Positions 10,508 to 20,144 of a stretch of DNA of 40,023 nucleotides are shown piece after piece. This stretch comes from a virus (lineage: Duplodnaviria; Caudoviricetes). The stretch lies in the IMG/VR virus record IMGVR_UViG_3300009678_000034, positions 1 through 40,023 of that record; one strand, 5' to 3'. Numbering within the stretch: position 1 is the first letter of the stretch; each line of letters begins with the position of its first letter. The position numbers and the translations under genes were made by a program. Under the pieces are notes generated by a model. It saw only the letters and a program-made list of their open reading frames with translations. It was not told the DNA's origin and ran no database searches.

Positions 10508-10772
10508 ATGCGCGAATCGCTGCGGCGATGGCGCTGCCGATGCTCGAGCCGCCGAGCATCCACGTCTCCGCAGTCCGCGCGCAGCGCTCCCTCTCTTCGG
10601 CCACGGCGGCGCGGAGCTGCGCGTTGGCTGCGCGCTCGGCGTCGAGCCGGGCGAGGACCCTTGCCATGCAGTCGCGCGTGAAGGTGGGCGGTACGGTGCT
10701 GTCTTGCGACAACGGTGCGCTCGCCAAATAGCGCAGTTTTTCGATCTCCGCATCCGTCGCAGGCTCAGCCAT
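10497..10772 (-). CDS. Hypothetical protein
   Basis: MAEPATDAEIEKLRY...AVAEERERCA...IAAAIRA; AAGGGAG RBS. Confidence 0.6.
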   Translation of the reverse strand: MAEPATDAEIEKLRYLASAPLSQDSTVPPTFTRDCMARVLARLDAERAANAQLRAAVAEERERCARTAETWMLGGSSIGSAIAAAIRASKA

Positions 10773-10920
10773 TGGTCGCTCCCTTGGTGCGCGCGGCGCT
10801 CTCGTCTTGCCAGCGCAATGCAAACCTACGGGCGATCTCCATGGCCGCTATCCGCTCTGCTGCTTGCTCGTCGGGCCACAGCACTTTCGCGCGCAATAAA
10901 TTACGCCACATATCGCTCAT
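10765..10920 (-). CDS. Hypothetical protein (51 aa, not in the ORF track)
   Basis: MSDMWRNLLRAKVLWPDEQ...; ATGA overlap with the upstream gene, GGAG RBS, fills the gap exactly. Confidence 0.5.
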   Translation of the reverse strand: MSDMWRNLLRAKVLWPDEQAAERIAAMEIARRFALRWQDESAARTKGATNG

Positions 10921-11144
10921 CGCGGCGGCTCCTCTGGGCTGGCGGGGAGGGCGGCGCGGGCTTGTGAAATCACGCGCGGCAGTTCGTAGATGGTGCCGAT
11001 TGGGCTGATGTGGATGTTCACCAACATTCGCAGCGCCGCGCGCGCAGCCTTGAGGTCCGCGACGAGGCGGCCCAGCTCGGCGTTGTAGCGCGTCAGGTAC
11101 TTCTGCTCGATAGCCGCGATCTCGTCGTCCGTTAGCGCGGTCAT
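10917..11144 (-). CDS. Hypothetical protein
   Basis: 75 aa; ATGA-coupled in the operon. Confidence 0.6.
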   Translation of the reverse strand: MTALTDDEIAAIEQKYLTRYNAELGRLVADLKAARAALRMLVNIHISPIGTIYELPRVISQARAALPASPEEPPR

Positions 11145-11347
11145 GGCGCCAGCACCGCGGCCCTGTCGTAGCTCTGCAGCCGCTCGAGCGAGGCGATGAT
11201 CGCCTTCTGGAGTGCGATCTTCAGCTCCTGCTCGAGCGGCGTCATCGTACCTGCCTCGACGCGCTTCTTGTAGACGGCGAACCGCATGCCGAGCTCGCGC
11301 TTGGCTTCGGCAATCTGGGCGGCGATCGGAATCGTGTCGTGGTTCAT
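11141..11347 (-). CDS. Hypothetical protein
   Basis: 68 aa; GGAG RBS; coupled stop/start. Confidence 0.65.
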   Translation of the reverse strand: MNHDTIPIAAQIAEAKRELGMRFAVYKKRVEAGTMTPLEQELKIALQKAIIASLERLQSYDRAAVLAP

Positions 11348-11348
11348 G

Positions 11349-11441
11349 TCAGCTCCCGACGGCGATGGCGATGACCGCGATGATGGCGAGGATCGCGATC
11401 AAGTAGGCGATGCCGACGATGACGATGGTCTGTGGATTCAT
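11349..11441 (-). CDS. 30-aa single-pass membrane peptide (not in the ORF track)
   Basis: MNPQTIVIVGIAYLIAILAIIAVIAIAVGS; ATGA overlap with the upstream gene, fills the gap. Confidence 0.55.
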   Translation of the reverse strand: MNPQTIVIVGIAYLIAILAIIAVIAIAVGS

Positions 11442-11650
11442 GTAGGGACGAGTCCGCAACGTCCGGCACGATTGATCTTGGCATCGGCTGGATCAACCCA
11501 GATCCAGGCCATGCACTGGTCGCCGATGCAGCACGAACCCTCTCGGATATCGCCGCCTGGCGTTCTGTTCGCAGCGCTCTCCTCCTCGAAACCAATGACC
11601 CTGGCGAACGGACACCAGTAGGCACCGGCATCCTTGCGATAGACGATCAT
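11438..11650 (-). CDS. Cys-rich hypothetical protein
   Basis: WCPFAR...CCIGDQCMAWIW...GRCGL; ATGA-coupled. Confidence 0.65.
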   Translation of the reverse strand: MIVYRKDAGAYWCPFARVIGFEEESAANRTPGGDIREGSCCIGDQCMAWIWVDPADAKINRAGRCGLVPT

Positions 11651-11877
11651 ACGTAGGGCACGGGCGGGTAGTCGCCGGGCGCGCCTCCATTGAGGAAGTG
11701 GACGATGCGCGCGGCGTCCTGCTCGGTGGTCTGGGTGCGCACGACGAAGAACACGCCGTCCGACTCCATGAAGCCGACCTGGTAGAGCTCGGGTCCGCTC
11801 TCGCTTGCGGTGGGGAACGGCGTCGGCTGCGAGCTCGGCGCCGCCTCGGGGTTCCTGCGATAGAGCCAGCCTGTCAT
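11647..11877 (-). CDS. Hypothetical protein
   Basis: MTGWLY...LYQVGF...AARIVHFLNGG; ATGA-coupled. Confidence 0.65.
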   Translation of the reverse strand: MTGWLYRRNPEAAPSSQPTPFPTASESGPELYQVGFMESDGVFFVVRTQTTEQDAARIVHFLNGGAPGDYPPVPYV

Positions 11878-12059
11878 GTCAGCTTCTCCCACTTGATACC
11901 GGGATCGATCTGATCGTGAATCGCGTCGAGCAGATTGAGGATGCCATCGAGAAGCTGACGATCCTCCGCGCTGTTCGATTCCTCGATGACGCGCAGCATC
12001 GCTTCTTTCTGCTCTATCAGCTTGGGAAGATCGATGCTGAGCTCGAGCTCGACGATCAC
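11874..12059 (-). CDS. Hypothetical protein
   Basis: GTG start overlapping the upstream stop; protein-like C-terminal part of ORF 11874..12398. Confidence 0.55.
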   Translation of the reverse strand: MIVELELSIDLPKLIEQKEAMLRVIEESNSAEDRQLLDGILNLLDAIHDQIDPGIKWEKLT

Positions 12060-12250
12060 TTCAGTCTCTCCCACCTGATGCCGTAGGGTCCGATGATGGC
12101 GCGGGCGGGCCAGACCGGCATGCGCAGCCAGCCCTTGATCTGGTAGCTGCGCCAGAGCTGCTCGCGCTGCTCGCGCTTCTCGCCGGGCGTGAGCTGGCGG
12201 ACGACGAGCTCGCCGATCTCGACGCCGCCCTCGACGATCATGCCGTTCAT
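12056..12250 (-). CDS. Hypothetical protein
   Basis: [13 protein letters not shown]...; GAGG RBS; ATGA-coupled. Confidence 0.55.
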   Translation of the reverse strand: MNGMIVEGGVEIGELVVRQLTPGEKREQREQLWRSYQIKGWLRMPVWPARAIIGPYGIRWERLK

Positions 12251-12447
12251 GGCCGGCGATCCTCGTACTTGTGCTTGAGCCCCGCCCAATAGCTGTTGAG
12301 CGCTTCGAGCACGCCGGGCTCCACGGCAATGCTGTGCTCCCAGCCGTCGCGGTCCGCGAACAGCCAGACCTGATAGCCGTCGAAGGCGGCATAAACACCG
12401 TCGCCGATATAGGCCATGTCGGTGAACTCTGGCGGGATCTTCACCAT
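12247..12447 (-). CDS. Hypothetical protein
   Basis: [17 protein letters not shown] motif; follows ssb. Confidence 0.65.
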   Translation of the reverse strand: MVKIPPEFTDMAYIGDGVYAAFDGYQVWLFADRDGWEHSIAVEPGVLEALNSYWAGLKHKYEDRRP

Positions 12448-12866
12448 GGCACCGAATCGTCATCGATTGTCGACGTCTTCTTTGCTGCCGCCGCCGCCGC
12501 CGGCCGCCGGGTCGGTTCGCTGCCCGCGGTCTCGTTGCGGTCCACGGTGCCGGCGAAGTCGAAGTTCTCCAGCTTGATCTCGGTGGTGTACTTCTCGACG
12601 CCGCCCTGGTCGACCCACTTGCGGGTCTGCAGCCTGCCCTCGACCAGCAGCTTGGATCCCTTCTTGCAGTACTTCTCGAACACGTCGACGACGGCACCGT
12701 AGGCCACGATGCGGTGCCACTCGGTTTTCTCCTTCTGCTCGCCGGTGGCGCGGTCCTTCCAGCGCTCGGTGGTCGCGAGCGACAGGCTGCAGACCTTGGT
12801 GCCGTCGTTCATCGAGCGGACCTCGGGATCGCGGCCCAGGTTGCCGAACAGGATCACACGGTTCAT
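12441..12866 (-). CDS. ssb: Single-stranded DNA-binding protein (copy 1)
   Basis: [17 protein letters not shown]...TEWHRIV...[17 protein letters not shown]; acidic tail DDDSVPW. Confidence 0.96.
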   Translation of the reverse strand: MNRVILFGNLGRDPEVRSMNDGTKVCSLSLATTERWKDRATGEQKEKTEWHRIVAYGAVVDVFEKYCKKGSKLLVEGRLQTRKWVDQGGVEKYTTEIKLENFDFAGTVDRNETAGSEPTRRPAAAAAAKKTSTIDDDSVPW

Positions 12867-13192
12867 TTCGACTCCTTCATTTGCTCCGCGGCACTGATCA
12901 GGCGATACGCGAGCAGCAGCGTCAGCTGCAGCCGCGTACCATGGTCCCAGGCGGCGATCAGGCCGAGCGCGGAGGCAACCGCGAGCAGCTCGATGACGGG
13001 ATCGTCGGCCTGGTTGGTGCGCTGGCGTATCCAGGCGAGCGCGTCGCGGATCGACTGCTCGAACGCACGCAGGTCGTCGGGCGTGAGGCCGAGCGAGGCC
13101 GGGTCCTCGGCGACCCGCACGAGGTTGGGGCGGTCGCCGAGCCTGCGCACGGCGGCCGCCATGGCCTGCTTGAGCTTGTCGATCTCGTCCAC
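12863..13192 (-). CDS. Hypothetical protein
   Basis: GTG start overlapping the erf stop; helical protein-like sequence. Confidence 0.55.
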   Translation of the reverse strand: MDEIDKLKQAMAAAVRRLGDRPNLVRVAEDPASLGLTPDDLRAFEQSIRDALAWIRQRTNQADDPVIELLAVASALGLIAAWDHGTRLQLTLLLAYRLISAAEQMKESK

Positions 13193-14052
13193 TAGCCCTG
13201 CGATCTCGCGTCGATCTCGGACGCGCGCTGCTTCATGGCATCGAGGTATTGCTTGTAGGCCTGGGGCGATCGCGCCGCGATCTCCTCGCGCCGGGTCTTG
13301 GTGTCGACGTGCAGCTTGGTGAGCTGCTCCTTGCTGATGGCCTTGGCCATGCGCAGCGTGAGGCCCTCGACGTAGACCGCGTCCTCCTCGTGCTGCTTGT
13401 TGGCTGCCGCCATCGGCGTCTCGACATCGTTCCGGGCGGCGGCGGCGGCGGCTCCCTGCTGCACGCCGGGCTCGACCTTGTGGACGACGTCCTGGTCGAG
13501 ATCGGGATCGTCGCCGGTCTCCATGCCCAGGCACTTGAGCAGCGCGTACTTGACGGCGTAGCTCATCGCCTTGCCAGGACCCTTGTCGCTCTCGTCGATA
13601 CCGTAGCCGAAGGTCTGGACGTCGATGAAGTCGTCCTTGTCGTCGACGTTGACAAAGCGCACGACCATGAACGCCTGGGTGCGGTTGCCGAACTGCTCGG
13701 TCTGGAGGCGGAGCGGGTAGTAGAGCACGCCGTGCTTGACCAGCACGGGGCGCACCTTGGCGGTCACGGCGTCGTGGCTGACGATGGAGTAGCGCATGCC
13801 CTGGCGCTTCTCCTTCTGCACGTAGTCGACTTCGTTCTGCACGGCGCTGAGGCGCTGCAGCAGAGTGAGAGGCGTCTTGATCAGAACGCCAGGCATCTGG
13901 GCGGCGATCTCTACCATCTGGGCTTCGGCATATGCCGCCGCCGCCGCCGCCTGATCGTCAACGATATCGAGCGGGGGCGGTCGCTTGAACTTCTTCGCCT
14001 TGGCCGGCTTGCTCGTCTCGTCGATCATCTTGTCCACAGGCTGCTCATCCAT
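13192..14052 (-). CDS. erf: ERF-family single-strand annealing protein
   Basis: [21 protein letters not shown] and [29 protein letters not shown] match the ERF signature. Confidence 0.88.
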   Translation of the reverse strand: MDEQPVDKMIDETSKPAKAKKFKRPPPLDIVDDQAAAAAAYAEAQMVEIAAQMPGVLIKTPLTLLQRLSAVQNEVDYVQKEKRQGMRYSIVSHDAVTAKVRPVLVKHGVLYYPLRLQTEQFGNRTQAFMVVRFVNVDDKDDFIDVQTFGYGIDESDKGPGKAMSYAVKYALLKCLGMETGDDPDLDQDVVHKVEPGVQQGAAAAAARNDVETPMAAANKQHEEDAVYVEGLTLRMAKAISKEQLTKLHVDTKTRREEIAARSPQAYKQYLDAMKQRASEIDARSQG

Positions 14053-14968
14053 CGCTGGCTCTCCTGGTTGTTCTCTGCGCCCTCGCCGGCGGGGTCTTCT
14101 CTTCCAGCCTGCGGATGCGCTTGGCGCCGTTCTTGGCGATGCCCATGACGATGCCGAAGCCCTCGACGGTCTTGGCGTCCTCGGGCAGCTCGAGGCTCTT
14201 GAGCGCCACCAGCGCCGCCTCGTGCTGCTCGGCCGCCTCCCAGGTCTCGACCGCGACGCCGGCCTCGGCCGCCCAGGCGTTGGCGCATGGCCAGGTGCGC
14301 AGATCGGCCTCGGTGTAGGCGCGCTTGGGGTCGATCCTTGGTGCCTCGACCTTGGCGCCGCCCTCGGGCGGCGTGTCGTCCAGCAGGCACTTCTGGAAGC
14401 GGTTGAGCGTGCCGAGCAGCGTGGTGAGCTCGTCCTCGCTGGGCCGGACGCGGAAGGTCTGCCAGTCGCTCAGGCCGTAGAAGCAGGAGAAGTCGATCCA
14501 CTGGAAGCCGGTGAGCAGGCAGTAGTGGGCGCCCTGCCAGAAGTTCCGCTCGACCACGGCCTCGGGCGGGTTCCACTCGCTCAAGGCTCCGGTGTGCTTG
14601 CTCTCGAACACGCCCCAGTCGTCGGCGCCGCCGGTGGCTGCGTCGTTGACGATGCCGTCGAGGTGGCCGGTCAGCCACTTGAAGGCTCGGCTCTGGAGCT
14701 TGACCCCGAGCTTGTCCTCGCCGATCGCGTTGTAGGCGAGGTTGACGCTGGAGGCGCCGGTGGGGCGCGGGTCGTAGACCGTCCTGCCGGTCTTGTGCTT
14801 GTAGTAGGCGCGGTTAGCGCCCTCGGTGGCGAGGCCGATCATGGCGGGCAGGAAGAATGAGAGGTCCTTGCGGGCACGCCTGCCGGTCTTCTCCTCCCAG
14901 ACGGCGAGGCCCTCGCCGGCCATGATGCGGCGAGCATCGCTGCCACTGATCTCCAGGTTGTCAGCCAT
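14045..14968 (-). CDS. YqaJ/lambda-exonuclease-like recombination nuclease
   Basis: ISGSDA...VWEEKTGR, G..TE, GHLDG, VFESKHT and Q..HY motifs; adjacent to erf. Confidence 0.85.
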   Translation of the reverse strand: MADNLEISGSDARRIMAGEGLAVWEEKTGRRARKDLSFFLPAMIGLATEGANRAYYKHKTGRTVYDPRPTGASSVNLAYNAIGEDKLGVKLQSRAFKWLTGHLDGIVNDAATGGADDWGVFESKHTGALSEWNPPEAVVERNFWQGAHYCLLTGFQWIDFSCFYGLSDWQTFRVRPSEDELTTLLGTLNRFQKCLLDDTPPEGGAKVEAPRIDPKRAYTEADLRTWPCANAWAAEAGVAVETWEAAEQHEAALVALKSLELPEDAKTVEGFGIVMGIAKNGAKRIRRLEEKTPPARAQRTTRRASDG

Positions 14969-15257
14969 CCATCCTCCTGAGCCGCTTTCTCTTGGTCTGC
15001 TCGGCGTAGTCCTCGAGCATGAGCGGGAAGTTGCGCATGATTGCCGCGCCGACGAACTGGCGATTCTCCGGTCCCAGGACAGCCAGCAGCTTGGCGGCCT
15101 CGCTGAGCAGCACATTGGCGATCAGGCCCGGACCAACCGGTTCGTCGAGGCACTCGACGATCGCGGCGCGGATCAGCCGGATCGCGGCGCGGATCTGCTT
15201 CTGGTCGCCGGGCGGCAGGTCATCGAGCCGCTCGATCGATCCGACGTTGTCGTCCAT
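14961..15257 (-). CDS. Hypothetical protein
   Basis: 98 aa; GGAG RBS lies within a copy of the 12-bp motif. Confidence 0.65.
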   Translation of the reverse strand: MDDNVGSIERLDDLPPGDQKQIRAAIRLIRAAIVECLDEPVGPGLIANVLLSEAAKLLAVLGPENRQFVGAAIMRNFPLMLEDYAEQTKRKRLRRMDG

Positions 15258-15307
15258 GGCGGGGTCTCCCGGGTGCCGGCAAGCCTACTGCAAGGATGCA
15301 GGAGTGT

Positions 15308-15820
15308 CTAGCGCTGCAGGGCTTTGGCCAGTGCGCGCAGGCGCGGCAGCTCGCCGTCGTCCACCAGCTCGGGCGCGGTGCCCTGTGTCAGCGCGTACTC
15401 GTAGTCGGCCAGCTCCATGCTCGACTCGAAGCGCGTGCCGAAGCGGGTGCCCTGCCAGACCTTGATGCGGGGAATCCGGGCCGTCTTTGCATTGCCCGTC
15501 GGGGCGGCGGCGGCGGCTGCAGGCCGGCTCTTGCACCAGGCACGCTCGCCCTCCAGCCAGCGCTGCCAGACATGCGGCCAGCGGCCGCTGCGCTCGGCTC
15601 CGTAGTGGATGCGGAACTTGCGCGCCTCGTGCGCGACGTCGAGCTCGGGGTAGAGGATCGCCGCGGCCTCGATCGTGGCCTTGTCGGGAAAGCCCTCCGG
15701 CAGGATAGTCGCATTCACCGGATGCTCGCAGTGGGCGCGCTCGGGCGCCACGCCCGCCCCGCAGACCGGGCAGGTCCAGCCTTGCTTCATGTCCAGCTCC
15801 AGGTCTAGGTCGGCTGCCAT
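15308..15820 (-). CDS. Zn-ribbon plus DnaT-like domain protein (possible replication factor)
   Basis: GWTCPVCG...HC; EARKFRIHY...WPHVWQRWL resembles the C-terminal domain of phage replication/DnaT-like proteins. Confidence 0.5.
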   Translation of the reverse strand: MAADLDLELDMKQGWTCPVCGAGVAPERAHCEHPVNATILPEGFPDKATIEAAAILYPELDVAHEARKFRIHYGAERSGRWPHVWQRWLEGERAWCKSRPAAAAAAPTGNAKTARIPRIKVWQGTRFGTRFESSMELADYEYALTQGTAPELVDDGELPRLRALAKALQR

Positions 15821-16209
15821 CGCCGGCGGGGTCTCCGCAGGCCCTTGCCGGCCACCACTTCGTTCACCTTCAGCCGGTAGATCGCCTCGAACAGCTTGAC
15901 CTTGATGCGGTACTCGGCGAGCTGCCGGGTCATCGGGCTCTTGACGTCCTCGATGCGCACCTCACCCTCGCGCGTGACGTAGCGGAAGTCGGGGATGAAG
16001 GCGCAGATGTCCTCGCCGGCGACGGTGAGGACGTAGGAGGGATGCACGGCGAGATCGCGGATGTCGCCGATGCGCACCAGGATCTTGAGCTCGCACCAGC
16101 GGCGGTGCTCGGCCACGGAGTCGAACCACTGGCCGTCGTCCTGCACCCGGCGGCGCTGGCCGGCGCGGCCCTTGCGCGTCAGCTTGCCGATATCGAGCAT
16201 GGCGGGCAT
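15805..16209 (-). CDS. DUF1064-family PD-(D/E)xK endonuclease
   Basis: DGQWFDSVAEHRRWCEL...FIPDFRY...IEDVKS...YRIKVKLF. Confidence 0.85.
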   Translation of the reverse strand: MPAMLDIGKLTRKGRAGQRRRVQDDGQWFDSVAEHRRWCELKILVRIGDIRDLAVHPSYVLTVAGEDICAFIPDFRYVTREGEVRIEDVKSPMTRQLAEYRIKVKLFEAIYRLKVNEVVAGKGLRRPRRRWQPT

Positions 16210-16212
16210 GGA

Positions 16213-16416
16213 TCAGGACGCGGTGCGCAGCTGGACCTTGGCGAGCTCGTGGATCGCCTGCATGACGCGGCGCGCGGAGGCTTCTCCCATCAGCGAGGTG
16301 CGGTTGATCCAGCGGTAGTACTGGGAGTCGGAAATGCCGGCGTGAAGCACCGCACGCTTGAGGTCGACGCCGGCGCTGCCCGCCAGGGCTCTGACCTGAT
16401 CGAGATAGGTCTGCAT
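16213..16416 (-). CDS. Small Cro-like helix-turn-helix protein
   Basis: 67 aa; LKRAVLHAGISDSQYYRWING-type HTH pattern (actual sequence AGISDSQYYRWINR). Confidence 0.65.
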   Translation of the reverse strand: MQTYLDQVRALAGSAGVDLKRAVLHAGISDSQYYRWINRTSLMGEASARRVMQAIHELAKVQLRTAS

Positions 16417-16449
16417 GCGCGGCGATCATGCTGCACGGCTGCAGTCCGG

Positions 16450-16650
16450 TCAATATAAGGGCTCCACCTGGATGGCATCGATATCGATATGCTCGCCGCC
16501 GGCAATTTCAGCCGAGATCACGATCTTGAACGGCAGGGTCACGGGAACTTGCCGGCGCCATAGCGCCACGGCGTGGTCCCACAAGCCGCGCCAACCCGGC
16601 CGGAATACGCGCACCTCGTGCTCGACCGCGAAACGCCGGAACTCGGTCAT
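16450..16650 (-). CDS. Hypothetical protein
   Basis: 66-aa ORF in the operon direction; start uncertain. Confidence 0.45.
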   Translation of the reverse strand: MTEFRRFAVEHEVRVFRPGWRGLWDHAVALWRRQVPVTLPFKIVISAEIAGGEHIDIDAIQVEPLY

Positions 16651-16894
16651 GGGCTTACCGTGGATATCGGCATCATCGGGGTTCTCCAGGTTGGCTTCTG
16701 CTGTCGCGGCCAGCGCCCTTGCCCTGCTGAGATGGCCAGCTGCGGCAAGACGACCTGCCGCCGCCGCCGCCGCCGGAAGGGATTGACCTGACCGGCGGAA
16801 GGATCAGCCCCCGAGAGGGTCTTCCACCGGCCGGCAGGCGACGCTCTTTCTAAACCTGGCGGGCCGCGGCGCCTGGGGAGTCCTCCGGCCCCTC

Positions 16895-18355
16895 TCAGAG
16901 CTTGGCGTAGAGCGGCACCCAGCCCTTCGGCCGGTGCTTCCAGATGCGCTCGACGAGCTGGGTCTTGCTGATCTCGCCCTCCATCTTGAGCTTGAGCGCC
17001 TTGGCCTCGGCCTCGACCATGGACCGCGGCAGGCGCATCAGCATCACCTTTGGCCACTCGATGACCTCCAGATCCAGCGTCTTGGCGAGCTGCTTGCGCA
17101 GCGTGCCGCCGGGCGCATTGGCGATCTGCAGCGCCACCATGGCGGCCAGCGTTCCGGTCTTCGTCACCGCCTCGAGCACCGGACGCACCGCCGCAGTCAC
17201 GTCGTCGTGCGTCTTGGTGCCGAAGTACTGGAACCGCACCAGGTCGGCGAGATGCTCGGCGAGCAGCTCGGGGTTCTTCGCCATGTGGGCGACCAGGGCC
17301 GCGCGGTGGAGCTCGGCAAGATCGAGCTCGAAGGCCCGGCTGACCTCGCCAGCGTGGACCTTCTCGCCGGCCTCGGCCTTGGCGGCGACGTCCTTCTTGA
17401 CCTTCTCCTTGGCCTTCTGCTTCTCGCCCTTGAGCGAGATCGAACGAAGCTCCTGAACCTCGCCGCTGGGCAGGATCGACAGCACAAGCCCGACGTGCCT
17501 CTTCTCCTTCTCCTTGTCGTCGGCCACGCGGTAGGCCGTGAAGTAGCCGGCCTCCGGCACCATGCTTACGAACTCCCAGGCACCGCTGCGCTCGAGATCG
17601 GCGCGATGGCCGGTCAGCCACAGCATCTGGCACTGCATGGCGTTGTTGTAGTCGACGAAGTAGGGACCGGCGGGATTGCCGTCGCCGTCGGTGTCGAAGA
17701 AGTCCTCGGCGGTCCCGAACGTCTCCGGATCCTCGAAGCGCGCGTGCTTCACGTAGAAGCGCTTCTCGTCCTTCCCCAGGCTGCGCGCGGCGCCGGCGAC
17801 ATTGCCGTTCCACTCCTTGCCGAGCTTGAGCGCCTTGGCGACCAGCTTGGGATCATGCAGCCGGGCGAGCGCGATGGCGTCCTGGTACTGGATCTCGCCC
17901 TTGCGGAAGGCCTCGCGCGCCTTGGCCGGCAGCGCCGTGAGGATCAGGCGCTGCTTGACGAAGCGCTCGCTGACATTGAAGGCCGCCGCGATGCCCGGCA
18001 GGTCCTTGCCGTTGCCGGCGAGCTCGGCGAAGGCCTCGGCCTCGTCCATGGGATGCATGTCGAGGCGGATGGCGTTCTCGGCCAGCGCGATCTCGAGCAG
18101 CTTGTCGTCGTCGAGGCCCTCGGGCAGGACGTGGCAGGTCACGGTGGTCGCCGGATCGTCGAGCTGCTGCAGGGCTCTCAGGCGGCGGTTGCCGGCGATG
18201 ACGTCGTAGCCCTCGCCGTTGGGCGTCACGACCAGCGGCTCGATCAGGCCGTGGGCCTTGATCGAGGCGAGCAGATCGTCGATGCCGTTGCGGCCCGCTC
18301 GCGGGTTCTTCGGCCAGGGCTTCAGCGCACTCAGCGCAATGTGCTCGATCTTCAT
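16895..18355 (-). CDS. parB: ParB/RepB/Spo0J-family protein
   Basis: NPR...LLASIKAHGLIEPLVV...VIAGNRRLRAL...ALAENAIRLDMHPMDEAEAF followed by an HTH. Confidence 0.92.
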   Translation of the reverse strand: MKIEHIALSALKPWPKNPRAGRNGIDDLLASIKAHGLIEPLVVTPNGEGYDVIAGNRRLRALQQLDDPATTVTCHVLPEGLDDDKLLEIALAENAIRLDMHPMDEAEAFAELAGNGKDLPGIAAAFNVSERFVKQRLILTALPAKAREAFRKGEIQYQDAIALARLHDPKLVAKALKLGKEWNGNVAGAARSLGKDEKRFYVKHARFEDPETFGTAEDFFDTDGDGNPAGPYFVDYNNAMQCQMLWLTGHRADLERSGAWEFVSMVPEAGYFTAYRVADDKEKEKRHVGLVLSILPSGEVQELRSISLKGEKQKAKEKVKKDVAAKAEAGEKVHAGEVSRAFELDLAELHRAALVAHMAKNPELLAEHLADLVRFQYFGTKTHDDVTAAVRPVLEAVTKTGTLAAMVALQIANAPGGTLRKQLAKTLDLEVIEWPKVMLMRLPRSMVEAEAKALKLKMEGEISKTQLVERIWKHRPKGWVPLYAKL

Positions 18356-18540
18356 CAGCGGTTCTCCTTGGAGATTTCAGAGGCAAGGCGGTCGAGTGGA
18401 TTGCAGCGCCCGTCGATGGCGCAGCAGCCATAGCGCACGGCGTCGAGCGCGGTCTGATCGCACCAGCCGCAGGCATGGGTGCGCAGCCAGTGGATGCTGC
18501 GACCGGTCTTCTCTGCCGCCTGCCGTGCCGTGCAGGACAT
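18355..18540 (-). CDS. Cys-rich hypothetical protein
   Basis: MSCTARQ...CGWC...CC...C; GGAGG RBS; TGATG coupling. Confidence 0.55.
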   Translation of the reverse strand: MSCTARQAAEKTGRSIHWLRTHACGWCDQTALDAVRYGCCAIDGRCNPLDRLASEISKENR

Positions 18541-18752
18541 CAGCAGTCCTCCTCGCGCCGCTCGCGCAAGCGCTCGTAGGCCTCGTCCGGGTCGCGTCCA
18601 TGGACGGGGCAGTTGCGGTCGACGACAGTGTGCGGCGGATCGACGTCGTTCGACCAGACGGTCGACCAGGTGCAGCTGCAGCCCTCGGCCCGCGCCGCGG
18701 GGCTGCAGGGCTCCATCTCGCCGTCCTCCTCGTCCTCGCGGCCGCTCTCCAT
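18540..18752 (-). CDS. Hypothetical protein
   Basis: AGGAGG RBS; CSC...CPVHGRDPDEAYERLRE. Confidence 0.6.
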   Translation of the reverse strand: MESGREDEEDGEMEPCSPAARAEGCSCTWSTVWSNDVDPPHTVVDRNCPVHGRDPDEAYERLRERREEDC

Positions 18753-18844
18753 GGTCACCTCCTATCGGCACTATCGGCCCTGACGGCGGGGTCTCCGACG
18801 GCACAAAACCGGGTGTCTAAACAGGGGGGGTAAAGACACTTTCT

Positions 18845-19039
18845 TCATGGTGTGCCGCCCAGCAGCTTGATCAGCCTGCGGCATTCGCCTTTGGTCAGGA
18901 AAAGCAATGCCGACGAGGCATAGCTGTCGCTCGCCATCATGATGCAGCCGCCATGGGCCAGCGTCACGATGCTGATCGTCGACCTTTCCACATCGCCGGG
19001 CTTCTGCTTGAGCCGCAGGATCTTTTCGCGCTTGGTCAT
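18845..19039 (-). CDS. Hypothetical protein
   Basis: MTKREKILRLK...; ATGA overlap with the ardC stop. Confidence 0.5.
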   Translation of the reverse strand: MTKREKILRLKQKPGDVERSTISIVTLAHGGCIMMASDSYASSALLFLTKGECRRLIKLLGGTP

Positions 19040-20076
19040 TCGGCGGCGGCGGCGGCGGCCTGCAGAGCCGCGCGCAGCCTCGCCTTCTCGACCAGGTAGC
19101 CGGTGCGCTTCTCCGCCTGGCTGGCGGCCCACACCAGCACCGCCGGATCGTCTTTCAATATCGCGATGTACTCCTGCAGATAGCCGACGTGCTGCAGCTC
19201 CTGCGTGGCCGGCAGGCCGAACGCCGCCATGCTCATGGCGCTGGTGAGCTCGGCGCACAGCTCCTCGCGGGCATAGGCCACGGCGCGCTCGGTGCGGCTC
19301 TCGCCCCGCGGCTCGCGCCCGACCCGCGTCGGATGCCCGGCCGCATGCCCGGCCTCGTGCAGGATGGTGGCGAGATAGGCGTCCTCGCCCGTGAACGCCT
19401 TGAACTCCGGCATGCCGATCTGGTCGAGCATCGGCCGGTAGCATGGGATATTGCTAGCAACCATGCCGCCGGCGAGCTTCATCTCCTCGAGCGCGCCGAC
19501 GATCTCGGCCGGCACGCAGTCGGGCTTCCAGTCGCCCTCGGCGACCCTGGCGGCCTCGGCCAGGTCGGGCGGCAGGTTGGCGATCTGCGCCACGTTGTAG
19601 ACCGCATAGGTGCGCCCGAAGTAGCTCGGCTTGGCCTCGGCGCCGGGCGTGTCCTTCTGCACCGTCTTGCCGTCGCGCACATAGCGGGCGCTCTCGCGAA
19701 AGACGACGACATACGAGCTCTCCTGGCCGTGATGGCGCCAGTCGTCGGGCGAAAGCGGCACGCCGCCGTCGACGCGCGCGAGGCGCACCCCGTCGGGGTC
19801 CTTGGCGGGATTCATCTGCCTCAATTGATTTGTCGTCACGAAGGCCGGCGACTTCCACTCGTGCGCCCACATTTCCATGCTGAGGAAGAAGTTGTTGACC
19901 CCGGTGTAGACGCCGCGATGTCCGTCGCGCACACGGCGCACGACATTGAAGGGTGCGCCGCCTCTCTGCTCGAAGGGACAGATCCAGGGGATCTTGCCCT
20001 GCTCGAGCTGCTTGATGATTCGATCCGCGACCGTCTGACACAACGATCGGACGCTGTCGCCAAAGACGACGGCCAT
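19036..20076 (-). CDS. ardC: ArdC-family antirestriction protein (ssDNA-binding domain plus zincin-like metallopeptidase)
   Basis: IIKQLEQGKIPW...YTGVN...VYNVAQI...YLATILHEAGHAAGHPTRVGR...YAREELCAEL. The ORF-track extension to 20439 is an artefact of the repeat. Confidence 0.92.
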   Translation of the reverse strand: MAVVFGDSVRSLCQTVADRIIKQLEQGKIPWICPFEQRGGAPFNVVRRVRDGHRGVYTGVNNFFLSMEMWAHEWKSPAFVTTNQLRQMNPAKDPDGVRLARVDGGVPLSPDDWRHHGQESSYVVVFRESARYVRDGKTVQKDTPGAEAKPSYFGRTYAVYNVAQIANLPPDLAEAARVAEGDWKPDCVPAEIVGALEEMKLAGGMVASNIPCYRPMLDQIGMPEFKAFTGEDAYLATILHEAGHAAGHPTRVGREPRGESRTERAVAYAREELCAELTSAMSMAAFGLPATQELQHVGYLQEYIAILKDDPAVLVWAASQAEKRTGYLVEKARLRAALQAAAAAAE

Positions 20077-20110
20077 TGCTTCATTCTCCAGGTTGGTATC
20101 CTTCGCAAAT

Positions 20111-20140
20111 GGAGAGCGGGGTCTTCTCTCCCCGCCCTCC
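20111..20140 (-). terminator. GC-rich hairpin at the 3' end of the pentamer array (terminator or processing signal)
   Basis: - strand GGAGGGCGGGG-AGAGAAGA-CCCCGCTCTCC followed by ATTT; begins 4 nt after the last GGC. Confidence 0.55.
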
Positions 20141-20144
20141 TGAT

